A stretch of DNA of 63,999 nucleotides, filler included, from an uncultured Gemmatimonadota bacterium (GTDB lineage: Bacteria; Blakebacterota; Blakebacteria; Blakebacterales; Blakebacteraceae): the NCBI GenBank assembly GCA_964576115.1. It is 4 parts of 4 records of this genome, joined end to end, with 100 filler letters (N's around TTAATTAATTAA, not from the genome) between each part and the next. Parts side by side here need not be neighbours in the genome. Positions count along the whole stretch, not along the records: positions 1 to 20,177 come from CAZNUA010000050.1; 3 more parts are not named here. One strand, written 5' to 3'. Below the pieces are notes generated by a model that saw nothing but the letters and a program-made list of their open reading frames with translations, searched no databases and was not told the origin of the DNA. The translations under genes were made by a program, and so were the position numbers. Within the stretch, counting starts at the first letter, position 1, and each line of letters opens with the position of its first letter. This document shows positions 1 through 10,475 of this stretch, piece after piece.

Positions 1-2
1 TC

Positions 3-830
3 GATCTCTGCACCCCGCTCTCGCACACCGACCTCGACCGGGTGCGCAAGCGGGAGGATCTGGCCCTGGTCGTGGGTTCCTACCTGCAGTTCTCCCTCAT
101 CGGTCTGAACAATCAGCGCCGGCCCTTCAGCGATATCGCCTGCCGGCGGGCCCTGACCCGGGCGCTGGACCGCGAGCTCATGCACTGGATTCTCCGGGGT
201 GGGGCCGGGATCGCCTATGACCGCTTCATCACCCCGGGCCTGCGCCCCGATGTGACGGCGCCCCGCGCCCTTGACTCCGACCCGCAAGCGGCGGAGGCGG
301 ACATACGAGCTCTGGCGGCGGGCCTGGACCGGCCCTTGAAAGGGGTCATGTTGGCACATCCGAACTCGGACCGGCAAATCGCCTTGGAAGCTCTCTTTAC
401 ACTGCAACTGGAACCCTACGGGATCGATCTCGAGCTCGAATTTCACTATCCCTTCCAAGCTTTCCAGGAGGTCCTCGACAGCGGCCAGTGGGATATCTCC
501 GTGGATGGTTTGTCCTCAGACAACGGCGACCTGTTTGCGGCTCTCTACGAACTGTATCTCAAACCGGCCGGACAGGGGGGCATCGGGATCTGCGGCATGA
601 GAGACGACGGTCTCACGGCCCTTGCCGATCGGGCTAAATCCCTTCCGGATACAGTCAGTCGCAGGAACGCCTATGAAAACGTCCTGGCTGTCATCGCCTC
701 CCGTGTCCCCTGCATTCCCCTGGGAGTCTCCCGCACGGTTCATGCCCGCAGTACGCGGCTGGCGCCCTTTTTCCCCGGGCACGGGCTCGAGGTGAAGCTG
801 AACCGGATCGCCTGGGCGGACGACCGGTGA
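3..830 (+). CDS. ABC transporter substrate-binding protein, family 5 (peptide/nickel type), C-terminal part; 5' truncated by the window
   Basis: The frame is open back to the window start. It contains 'LNNQRRPFSDIACRRALTRALDR' and C-terminal 'RRNAYENVLAVIASRVPCIPL', typical of OppA/DppA-like proteins. The stop overlaps the next start (GTGA). Confidence 0.75.
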   Translation, partial: DLCTPLSHTDLDRVRKREDLALVVGSYLQFSLIGLNNQRRPFSDIACRRALTRALDRELMHWILRGGAGIAYDRFITPGLRPDVTAPRALDSDPQAAEADIRALAAGLDRPLKGVMLAHPNSDRQIALEALFTLQLEPYGIDLELEFHYPFQAFQEVLDSGQWDISVDGLSSDNGDLFAALYELYLKPAGQGGIGICGMRDDGLTALADRAKSLPDTVSRRNAYENVLAVIASRVPCIPLGVSRTVHARSTRLAPFFPGHGLEVKLNRIAWADDR

Positions 831-2344
831 GACTGCCGACGGCGAGAAAGCTGGTGAATTTTCTCGGGCGGCTCTCCCTGCGCTGGAAGCTCATCGCGGC
901 GGTTTCCCTGCTGGTGGTTCTGATCGATATCGGGATTCTCATGCTGGTCTCGGGAGCCCAGCGGCGTGCCCTGGAAACGGAGATCATTGCCAGTATCGAT
1001 CGGAACGCCGACTCTTTGTCCCGGATGATCGTTCCCGCAATTCTTCATGACGATCGGCTGGATATTTACGTCCAGCTCGAGAATTCCAGGCGGGCGTCCC
1101 ATATCCTGGCCATTGCCGCGGTCGACACGGCCGGCACGCCCTTTTCCATGACCCACAGCGGCTATTTCGAGGCTTTTCTGCAGAGCGATGACTTCAGATC
1201 CCACATGCGGCGCAGAGCCTACGGCACCTTTGCGCACTATGCCCCGTCCGAAGAGAAAGAGATGAGGTCGTATTTTTCCACGATCGTGGCCAACTACGAC
1301 CAGGTCCTCGGGGCGCTGCTGATCTGTTATGAGCAGAACTGGATCTACGAACAGGTCCGGCATCTGCAGCGGCGGGTGCTCCTGGTCGGCCTCGTCGCCC
1401 TGGCCGTGGGCTGGCTGCTGACGGCCCTTCTCAGCAGGGGTATCGTGGCGCCCATCGAGCGCCTCAAACGGGCCGCGGTGCGGATCGGGGCCGGGGAGTT
1501 CGGCAAGACGGTCGAGGTCGAGACGCACGACGAGATCGGGGCCCTGGCCGAGACCTTCAATACCATGTCGATAGAACTGAAGAAACGCGAAGAGGAAGTG
1601 CGCCGGGCCGAGCGGCTCTCGGCGATCGGCCAGACCGCCTCGGTCGTCGCCCACGAGATGAAGACCCCCCTCACGAGCGTGAAGACCTATGTCGACATGC
1701 TCTCGATGAAGTACGAAGACGCCTCTTTCCGGGTCAAGTTTTCCGGCACGGTCGAAGCCCAGGTCAACCGGCTTGAAAAACTCGTCGACGATCTGCTCGA
1801 TTACAGCCGGGATACCCGCCTGCACATGACCCAGCTCGATCTTAGCCTGCACCTCCACCAGGCCGTCGCCTTCTTCGGCGACATGATCGTGGCCCAGCGG
1901 GTGACGGTCTATGAGGACTACCGCACCGAGCAGGCGGTTGCAGCCGATCCCGACAAGCTGGAACAGATCTTCTTCAATCTGATCCGTAATGCCGTCGAAG
2001 CCCAGGGAGAGAGCGGGGCGCTCGGCCTGCTGACCCTTGACGACGGCGATGACGTCGTTGTGCTCGTGGCCGATGCCGGAACGGGAATCCCCGAGGAAAC
2101 GGCGGCCACGATCTTCGATCCCTTCGTTTCGACCAAGGCCAAAGGCACCGGCCTCGGTCTGGCCATCGCCCGCAAGATCACCGAGGCGCACCGGGGTACG
2201 ATCGAGGTGCGTTCGCCCCTGAAGACCCTGGCCGAGGAATACCGGACACTTGTCCAGAAGACCCTGGCTGAACACTGGCCCGGCGCCGGATACGGGACCT
2301 GTTTCGTCATCCGCCTGCCGGCCCTGAGGGAAAGCGATACCTGA
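827..2344 (+). CDS. Membrane sensor histidine kinase (2 TM, HAMP, HisKA, HATPase)
   Basis: Two hydrophobic segments, HAMP 'DEIGALAETFNTM', H-box 'AHEMKTPL', N-box 'NLIRNAVEA', and G-boxes 'DAGTGI' and 'GTGLGL'. Confidence 0.95.
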   Translation: MRLPTARKLVNFLGRLSLRWKLIAAVSLLVVLIDIGILMLVSGAQRRALETEIIASIDRNADSLSRMIVPAILHDDRLDIYVQLENSRRASHILAIAAVDTAGTPFSMTHSGYFEAFLQSDDFRSHMRRRAYGTFAHYAPSEEKEMRSYFSTIVANYDQVLGALLICYEQNWIYEQVRHLQRRVLLVGLVALAVGWLLTALLSRGIVAPIERLKRAAVRIGAGEFGKTVEVETHDEIGALAETFNTMSIELKKREEEVRRAERLSAIGQTASVVAHEMKTPLTSVKTYVDMLSMKYEDASFRVKFSGTVEAQVNRLEKLVDDLLDYSRDTRLHMTQLDLSLHLHQAVAFFGDMIVAQRVTVYEDYRTEQAVAADPDKLEQIFFNLIRNAVEAQGESGALGLLTLDDGDDVVVLVADAGTGIPEETAATIFDPFVSTKAKGTGLGLAIARKITEAHRGTIEVRSPLKTLAEEYRTLVQKTLAEHWPGAGYGTCFVIRLPALRESDT

Positions 2345-2348
2345 ACCG

Positions 2349-3728
<1,380 letters not shown>

Positions 3729-3854
3729 GATCGGGCACTTCGGAGAGCGGGGTGCACGATATATCGGGCGTATGGCGTAAGTTTATGTAATTCAATATCT
3801 TACGGTTCAATACTCAGACTGGACAGGGCCTTGAGAGACCTCGAATGATATCTG

Positions 3855-3876
3855 ATTGCACGATGTATTGTGCAAT
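3855..3876. promoter_or_regulatory. Candidate enhancer (UAS) palindrome for a sigma-54 activator
   Basis: ATTGCAC-GATGTATT-GTGCAAT inverted repeat about 135-150 bp upstream of the -24/-12 element. A degenerate copy, TGCACGATATATCGGGCG, lies at 3753-3770. Confidence 0.6.
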
Positions 3877-4006
3877 TGGTCATCCTTTACTCTTCTGATG
3901 CCTGACCGCCGGATGTCCGGATCGATACCAGTAGATATTTCTAACTTATTGTCCTGCAATTTCTTAGAAATGCAATCCGTATTGCTCGTGGAGCGACGGC
4001 ATCGGT

Positions 4007-4023
4007 TTGGCATGTAAATTGCG
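4007..4023 (+). promoter_or_regulatory. Sigma-54 (-24/-12) promoter
   Basis: TTGGCATGTAAATTGCG has GG-N10-GC with TGGCA and TTGC consensus flanks. It sits in an AT-rich intergenic region directly downstream of a bEBP gene. Confidence 0.8.
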
Positions 4024-4069
4024 TACTTTTTTCTCGCGTCGTGGTCTCAATCGTACGGAGGTAGCACCG

Positions 4070-4609
4070 ATGGTCATGGTCCCGACACCGATTGCGCCCC
4101 CCCTGGGAACGGTTCCGGGTCATCCGGCTGCTCTGGGTCTGGATCGGGCTGCTTCGCGTCGCAACCGGGTGCTGGTGATTGAAAGCGATGTCGACCTGCG
4201 TGATGCGGTAACCGGCGCTCTGACCGTGGCCCTGCCCACCCGTGGAGCGCGGGCGGGATACGAAGCGCGACGCCTGCTCGATGAATTTTCGCCGACGATC
4301 GTGGTGATGAATCTGCAGCTCGACGATATGAACGGACTCGACCTGCTCCGTTACGTTCGTCAGAGACTGCCCGGATCGAAAGTGATCGTCACCTCCGATT
4401 CGGGTGATTCCGATCTGGTTACCCGGGTGATAGCTCTCGGAGTCGGCGACTTTCTGGAGAAACCCTATTCAACGGGGGAACTCTTCCGGTCGCTCGAGAA
4501 TTCTGTCCGCGGCATCAGTGCCCCGATCGACGACAGGATCCTGGCTGCCCGTTACCACGAGAAGAGCCGGCTCCGACTGCGCTCCCTGCTGATGAGTGCG
4601 GGGGGGTGA
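4070..4609 (+). CDS. Atypical single-domain response regulator (pseudo-receiver)
   Basis: ATG 4070 follows a GGAGG RBS. The REC pattern 'RVLVIESD...PTIVVMNLQLDDMNGLDLL...VIVTS...DFLEKPY' has Asn at the phospho-acceptor Asp position. Confidence 0.85.
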   Translation: MVMVPTPIAPPLGTVPGHPAALGLDRAASRRNRVLVIESDVDLRDAVTGALTVALPTRGARAGYEARRLLDEFSPTIVVMNLQLDDMNGLDLLRYVRQRLPGSKVIVTSDSGDSDLVTRVIALGVGDFLEKPYSTGELFRSLENSVRGISAPIDDRILAARYHEKSRLRLRSLLMSAGG

Positions 4610-4848
4610 GAATTACTCCGATGAATGACGGTTCACTGCATTCGCTCCTGCGCCGGCTGGCCCGACAGGAACTCCAGGCCCGGATCGAAGATGAGTCCCG
4701 ATTCGCTCAGCGTCGCCGTGCGTCCGGGGCTGCAGAGGAAACGACAACAGATCAGAACCAACACGACGAGGAGATGACTTTCGACGACTTGGCGGCCCCC
4801 CATCGCGGTATTGCGGAAGGTTTGTCGAGGGCTGGTGCTTCCGTCTGA
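4606..4848 (+). CDS. Small hypothetical protein
   Basis: An 80-codon ORF coupled by a GTGA overlap to the receiver gene and ending before the terminator. No recognisable motif. Confidence 0.4.
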   Translation: MRITPMNDGSLHSLLRRLARQELQARIEDESRFAQRRRASGAAEETTTDQNQHDEEMTFDDLAAPHRGIAEGLSRAGASV

Positions 4849-4882
4849 TCCATACAGCCCGCCTTCCGACACGGGCCGCGAC

Positions 4883-4927
4883 GTCCCGGCCATCGGCCAG
4901 GCCTATGAGATGGCCGGGACTTTTTTT
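4883..4927 (+). terminator. Rho-independent terminator
   Basis: Perfect 12-bp stem GTCCCGGCCATC / GATGGCCGGGAC followed by T7. Confidence 0.8.
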
Positions 4928-4977
4928 CTCACTGGGTGGGGCAGGGGAAAGAGGGGTAAAGGAGCGAGAGGTGAAGT

Positions 4978-5064
4978 TGGTGCCGGAGGCCGGATTCGAA
5001 CCGGCACGGTGTTGCCACCGGGGGATTTTGAGTCCCCTGCGTCTACCAGTTTCGCCACTCCGGC
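4978..5064 (-). tRNA. tRNA-Leu(CAA)
   Basis: The reverse complement reads GCCGGAGTGGCGAAACTGGTAGACGCAGGGGACT-CAA-AATCCCCCGGTGGCAACACCGTGCCGGTTCGAATCCGGCCTCCGGCACCA. It is an 87-nt cloverleaf with a long variable arm and encoded CCA. Confidence 0.97.
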
Positions 5065-5184
5065 AGCAGAGGCGTGCGCAACAAAGATAGAGCGACTCAC
5101 CTCTGAGTCCAAGGCCGCAGCGCAGACGACTGTCTGCGACAATGGTCCGGAGAGCGGCGCCGGTTTGAAGAAAGACGAGATCGG

Positions 5185-6762
5185 ATGCTGAGATCCGAGC
5201 CAGCGAGCAGGGCACTCTCGACAGCCTCTGACCTGATTCCCGGGATTCTGGACAAACTGCCCCTGGGGATAATCCTGATCGATGCCGGGGAGCGGATCGT
5301 ATACGCCAACCCGGCCCTGTACGAGATCGTCGGTCCCGAGCACCCGGTTACCGTCGGGGCCCGGGATCTCGAAGTGCTTGAACTGTCTCCCTTCTGCGAT
5401 TGTGCGGAGTTCTCGGACAATTTCGCTCCCCTGCGAAAGGGAGAGAGAATCAATTTCCGCTGGTCGATGCTCACCACCGACGGCAACGGCTGTGAGGTGG
5501 AAACGATCTTCCGGGTGCAGGGCTTTCCTATGCAATCCAACGGCGACATCGATGCCGGGGCCCTGCTCCTGTTCGACGACATCACCGAAGGCTATCGTCT
5601 GAAAACCCAGCTCGGTCGAGCCCAGCGGATGGAGAGCGTCGGCAGCCTGGCCAGTGCCGTCGCCCATGATTTCAACAACATCCTGACGGTCATCCTGAGC
5701 AGTGTGCATCTGCTCAAGCAGGACTTCGGTCCCGCCAGTCAGTACCGGGGACCTCTCGATGTCATCGAGAATACCGCCCTGAGCGCCGGCGAACTGGCCG
5801 AACAGCTGCTTTCTCTGGCCCGCCCCGGCGGGCTCGAGCACCACGAGATCGATCTCAACGCCACCATAAGCGAAGCCCGTCCCCTCCTGCAGCGGGTGTT
5901 GCGCGAGGGAATCTCCCTCGACATCCATTTCGAACCGGACATCTGGTGCATCCACGCCGATCCTTCCCAGATCCTTCACACCCTGGTCAATCTCTGTATC
6001 AACGCCCAGGAAGCAATGGCGGGACGTGGAACGATCACCCTCGCCACGGCCAACGTCGACCGCAGTTCAGGTTCGCACGTTGAGGGAGGGCTCGATCCAG
6101 GTCACTATGTCGTTCTCTCGGTGTCCGATGAGGGGCACGGTATTGCGGCCGGAATCGCCGACCGCGTCTTCGATCCGTTTTTCACGACCAAGGAAGGCGG
6201 TACCGGTCTGGGACTCTCCACCGCCTACAGTTTCGCCAAGGAACAGGGGGGAACCGTCACCCTCTATTCCGAGCCCGATCGGGGTACGCGGATCAATGTA
6301 TACCTGCGGGCCGAACCCCGCTCGCCCCACCCGGTAGCCCGCCCCGCCGATCCTCACGAAGAAGAATCTCTCACCGGATCTGAAACCATTCTCCTGGTCG
6401 ATGACGAACCCCTGCTGCTCGAACTCGGCACCGAGATTCTCGAACTGCACGGATATTCGGTCATCCCGGCGGCTTCGGGGGAGGAAGCGGTGGATATTTT
6501 CCAACGCGCTCCCGAGCGCATTCCTCTGGCCATTCTCGACATGGCCATGCCGGGCATGAACGGTCTGGAAACACTCCGTACGCTGCGCCAGAGCGATCCC
6601 GAACTCAGAGCGATCATTTCCAGCGGTTTCCACACCTCGCGGAAGATGAAGGATCTGCTCGGGACCGAGGTCGACGCCTTCGTCAACAAGCCCTATGAGA
6701 TCGATGCTCTGACCCGCAAGGTCCGCACCCTGCTCGACGCCCGGAGCGGCGGGAACTACTGA
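5185..6762 (+). CDS. Cytoplasmic hybrid histidine kinase (PAS, HisKA, HATPase, REC)
   Basis: PAS-like N-terminus, 'VAHDFNNIL', 'NLCINAQEAM', 'FFTTKEGGTGLGL', and a C-terminal REC 'LLVDDE..ILD..KP'. Confidence 0.95.
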   Translation: MLRSEPASRALSTASDLIPGILDKLPLGIILIDAGERIVYANPALYEIVGPEHPVTVGARDLEVLELSPFCDCAEFSDNFAPLRKGERINFRWSMLTTDGNGCEVETIFRVQGFPMQSNGDIDAGALLLFDDITEGYRLKTQLGRAQRMESVGSLASAVAHDFNNILTVILSSVHLLKQDFGPASQYRGPLDVIENTALSAGELAEQLLSLARPGGLEHHEIDLNATISEARPLLQRVLREGISLDIHFEPDIWCIHADPSQILHTLVNLCINAQEAMAGRGTITLATANVDRSSGSHVEGGLDPGHYVVLSVSDEGHGIAAGIADRVFDPFFTTKEGGTGLGLSTAYSFAKEQGGTVTLYSEPDRGTRINVYLRAEPRSPHPVARPADPHEEESLTGSETILLVDDEPLLLELGTEILELHGYSVIPAASGEEAVDIFQRAPERIPLAILDMAMPGMNGLETLRTLRQSDPELRAIISSGFHTSRKMKDLLGTEVDAFVNKPYEIDALTRKVRTLLDARSGGNY

Positions 6763-6867
6763 TTCCGACTCCCCGGGCTGTCCCGCTCCCGCTTCCACGC
6801 TGTGCCATCGTAGTGGACAAAACCGGCCCGGCGTGTTTCTCTTCCTTCTGAAGGAGGCACGGCGGCG

Positions 6868-8022
6868 ATGGTCTTCACTCCGGTTCGCATCGGCACCCTC
6901 GAACTGCCCAACCGTATCGTCCGGGCCGCCTGCGGCGAGCGGCGGGCCGATCGCGACGGCTTCGTCGGGCATGACATGCTTGCCTATATGGATACCCTGG
7001 CCCGGGGCGGGAGCGGGCTCGTCATCCTCGGCCACGGCTATGTGCGCCGGGATGGCCGACTGACCGACAATGAAACCGGTCTCGACCGCGACGACGGAGT
7101 TCCCCGCCTGCGCCTGGTGGCCGAGCAGATCCGCAAGGCGGGGGGACGCTCGGCGATTCAGATCAGCCACGGCGGGCCGCAGTGCCGACCGTCGGTGATC
7201 GAAACCGTTCCGGTCTCGCCCTCGGGCGTAGAGGTGCGCAAGACCAAAGTACAGCCATGCATCCTTGAAGAGCCGGACATCCACGAGTTGATCGAAGCTT
7301 TCGGTGCCGCCGCCCGGCGGGCGCGCGAGGCGGCATTCGACGCCGTTCAGATCCATGCCGCCCATGGGTACCTGATTACCCAGTTTCTCAGTCCGGCCAC
7401 CAACCAGCGCACCGATGACTGGGGCGGCACCCCCGCCCGGCGCCGGGCTTTTCTGATGGCGGTACTCCGGCAGGTACGCGAAGCAGTCGGTGAGGATTAC
7501 CCGGTACTGATCAAACTCAACCTCGATGACTGCATTCCGGGCGGGATCCCTCTCGAAGAAGCCCTGTCTGCAGCCGAAGCCGTCGCGGCGGCGGGCGTAG
7601 CGGCGATCGAGGTCAGCGGCGGGATGGTGGACTCCGAACGCGGTGCGGCCCGCAAGAACATCGAACCGGGCAAACAGGAAGCGTACTTCCGGCGTCTGGC
7701 CCGAGCGGTGAAACAGAGAATTGACTGCCCCGTAATTCTGGTCGGGGGACTGAAGTCGATCGAGGTGATCACCGACGTACTGCAGTCGGGCGATGCCGAT
7801 CTGGTCGCTCTCGGTCGTCCCCTGATCCGCGAGCCCCACCTGCCGCTTGACTGGCTAGACGGTCGGCAGACGCCGGCCGATTGTACCTCCTGCAACCGCT
7901 GTGCTCTCTACAAAGACAGAGTCCTGCGGTGTGAGAGCCTCATCCTCGAGCAGGCCGAGGCCGAGGCGGAAGCTGAGGCTCGAGCCGCGGAAACCGACTC
8001 TGCGGAGTCCGATACGGAGTGA
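6868..8022 (+). CDS. NADH:flavin oxidoreductase (Old Yellow Enzyme family)
   Basis: 'LPNRIV', 'QISHGG', 'QIHAAHGYLITQFLSPATNQRTDDWGG', and a C-terminal CxxCxxC. Confidence 0.93.
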   Translation: MVFTPVRIGTLELPNRIVRAACGERRADRDGFVGHDMLAYMDTLARGGSGLVILGHGYVRRDGRLTDNETGLDRDDGVPRLRLVAEQIRKAGGRSAIQISHGGPQCRPSVIETVPVSPSGVEVRKTKVQPCILEEPDIHELIEAFGAAARRAREAAFDAVQIHAAHGYLITQFLSPATNQRTDDWGGTPARRRAFLMAVLRQVREAVGEDYPVLIKLNLDDCIPGGIPLEEALSAAEAVAAAGVAAIEVSGGMVDSERGAARKNIEPGKQEAYFRRLARAVKQRIDCPVILVGGLKSIEVITDVLQSGDADLVALGRPLIREPHLPLDWLDGRQTPADCTSCNRCALYKDRVLRCESLILEQAEAEAEAEARAAETDSAESDTE

Positions 8023-10338
8023 TCAGGGCCGGGGCGGCTCGGCCGGCGGGATCCGCCGCCAGGTGTCCCGCTGACGGTTCGGGTCGTGGACCGAGCAGGT
8101 TTCGGTCGGCTGGTTGGTCGCCAGGAAGATCTCGGTAAAACGGTCGGGGCAGGTAGGCAGGGCCAGCTTGAAATCGGGATCCTCGGTCGTAAAGGAAGTT
8201 GCACACAACTCCACCTCCACGATCCCCGGCGGTCTCAGCCAGTCGTCCTGGGGCAGGGCCCGTTCCGAATCGTTATAGAGATCCCTGATGAACCGCGCCC
8301 AGACCGGCATTGCCATGACCGCTCCCGAGGGATCGGGCAGGCCGGTACGGGCTCGGCCGCCGGGGATGCGCATCGAGATCCGATCGGGCAGGCCGATCCA
8401 CACTCCCGCCACAATGTGCGGGGTGTAACCGATGAACCAGGCATCGCTCCAGTCGTTGGTGGTACCCGTCTTGCCCGCCGCCGGGACGGTCACGCTGTAA
8501 AAACTGCGGGCCAGTCCGGCTGTGCCCCGCGGCGGTGTCAGCACCCCCTTCATCATATCCACCACCAGGTAGGCCAGTTCCGGTTCGATCACCTGCCGCA
8601 GGCGTACCTGGGGAGCTTCGATCTCGCGGCCGAAGCGGTCGCGCACGTAGCGCACCATGCGCGGTTCGGCCCGCATGCCCAGGTTGGCGAAGACGGTGAA
8701 AGCGCTGACCATCTCCAGCAGGGTCACCTCGCTGGATCCGATCGCCAGCGAAGGGTAGGGCCTCAACGGCGATTCGATCCCGAACATGCGGGCGTAATTG
8801 ACCAGGATCTCCGCACTCATCGAGCCCTTGCGGCCGAGCCCGCCCCCCATCACCAGGCGGGCTGCGACCAGGTTGATCGAGCGCATCAGGGCTTCACGCA
8901 GGGGCAGGGGTTCGGAGAAATCGCCGTAGTAATTCTCGGGGGTCCAGCGCGACCCGTCGGGCTGAGGGATCGTGATGGGCTGGTTCGGAACCCGGGTGGC
9001 CGGAGTGTAACCGTTATCCAGGGCCGCAGTGTAGAGGAACGGTTTGAAGGACGAGCCCGCCTGTCGGTGGGCCTGGGTGGCGTTGTTGAACTTCGTTGTC
9101 GCGAAATCGCGTCCCCCGATCAGGGCCAGGATATCCCCGTTCTTGGGATCCATGGCGATGAAAGCCCCCTGCAGGGTATAGCGGGTTCGGAAATCGGCTA
9201 CCCAGCTGGTGTCGGGTTCGATCCCTTCGGGGATCGCGGCCAGACTCTCGGCAATGGCGGGCCGGATGATCCATTCGTCGTACCCCGCCTGTTTCTCGTC
9301 GAGCATGCGGTACAGATGCTCCTCGGCCAGTTGCTGCAGGCCCAGGTCGAGCGTGGTGCCGATACTGGCTCCGTCCCGGTAGAGCAGGTCGGAGCCGTAT
9401 TTGCGCTCCATGTCCTGCCGGATCCATTCCACGAAGTACGGTGCGGCGGCCGCGTCCTCGGTCTGCTCGGCGAAAGCGAGGGGATTATCGAACAGGGTGT
9501 CGGCGGCAGCCTGTTCCAGGTAGCCGGCGTCGACCATGTACTGCAGGGCCCGGTTGCGCCGGCGATGAGCCGCCTCCCGGTTCTTGAAGTAGTAATAAGG
9601 TCCCTGCAGAATCCCGATCAGGTACGCGCTCTCCAGTAGATCGAGTTCGAGAACGTCCTTGTTGAAATAGTTCCGGGCTGCCTGCTGGATGCCGTAGGCC
9701 CCGTTGGCGAAATAGACCTCGTTCAGAAACATGGTCAGGATTTCGTCTTTGGAGTAGTTGCGTTCCAGGGCGATGGCGGTCAGCTGCTCGCGGATCTTGC
9801 GGGTGATGGTCTGTTTCAGGCCGATGTTCTCGAACAGATTGCGGGCCAGCTGCTGGGTGATTGTGCTGGCGCCAGAGACGATCCTCAGGTTGAGCACGTT
9901 CGAGACCATCGCAGCGGCGAAACGCTTGACATGGATTCCCCAGTGGTCGTAGAAATCGCGATCCTCGACCGCCAGCAGACACTCCTTGAGATGCCGCGGG
10001 ATTTTGTCGAGGGTGACCGGTTCGCGCTGCTGGGTGAAGAATTCCTGCAGGGTTTCGCCGTTGGTGTCGTAGACGCGGGTCACCAGGCGGTGCTCGATAC
10101 GGCTCAACTGGGTCGGGGTGGGCAGATCGCGGCTGAGCAGGTAGAGGGCGAAGCCGGTCACGATCCCCGCCACCAGGCTGGCGGCGATCACGATCAGGAT
10201 GAACTTCCGGCCCCAGACACGGGGCAGCCAGTCCTTCAGGTTGTCGTAGCGGATGAATTGCCAGAGAGCCGAGGCGGCCCGCCGGGGCCACTCCCGAGCC
10301 CGGCGGCGTCCGGTCTCTGCATCATCGCGTCGCGCCAT
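8023..10338 (-). CDS. mrcA: Class A penicillin-binding protein (PBP1A family)
   Basis: N-terminal TM; transglycosylase motifs EDRDFYDHWG, GASTITQQL and RKIRE; transpeptidase motifs SSFK, SIN and KTGT. Confidence 0.93.
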   Translation of the reverse strand: MARRDDAETGRRRAREWPRRAASALWQFIRYDNLKDWLPRVWGRKFILIVIAASLVAGIVTGFALYLLSRDLPTPTQLSRIEHRLVTRVYDTNGETLQEFFTQQREPVTLDKIPRHLKECLLAVEDRDFYDHWGIHVKRFAAAMVSNVLNLRIVSGASTITQQLARNLFENIGLKQTITRKIREQLTAIALERNYSKDEILTMFLNEVYFANGAYGIQQAARNYFNKDVLELDLLESAYLIGILQGPYYYFKNREAAHRRRNRALQYMVDAGYLEQAAADTLFDNPLAFAEQTEDAAAAPYFVEWIRQDMERKYGSDLLYRDGASIGTTLDLGLQQLAEEHLYRMLDEKQAGYDEWIIRPAIAESLAAIPEGIEPDTSWVADFRTRYTLQGAFIAMDPKNGDILALIGGRDFATTKFNNATQAHRQAGSSFKPFLYTAALDNGYTPATRVPNQPITIPQPDGSRWTPENYYGDFSEPLPLREALMRSINLVAARLVMGGGLGRKGSMSAEILVNYARMFGIESPLRPYPSLAIGSSEVTLLEMVSAFTVFANLGMRAEPRMVRYVRDRFGREIEAPQVRLRQVIEPELAYLVVDMMKGVLTPPRGTAGLARSFYSVTVPAAGKTGTTNDWSDAWFIGYTPHIVAGVWIGLPDRISMRIPGGRARTGLPDPSGAVMAMPVWARFIRDLYNDSERALPQDDWLRPPGIVEVELCATSFTTEDPDFKLALPTCPDRFTEIFLATNQPTETCSVHDPNRQRDTWRRIPPAEPPRP

Positions 10339-10475
10339 GATCGCTTCCTTTGTCCGTATGCCCTGTCACCCGACATGATACCTGGCGTCGCGCCCGGCCT
10401 GTATAATGCTCTTGACCGACGACGGTAGCAAAGGTTCCCTGAGGCCGTGTATCTGACCAGGTGGAGGTTGCCCGG

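Noticed and set aside
4978-5064. tRNA-Leu as an integration site for an island
   Set aside because: I saw no duplicated tRNA 3' end and no integrase on this contig within the window.
10339-10475. T-box leader for tyrS
   Set aside because: The spacer is only about 135 nt, is shared with the divergent mrcA, and lacks the T-box consensus and terminator.
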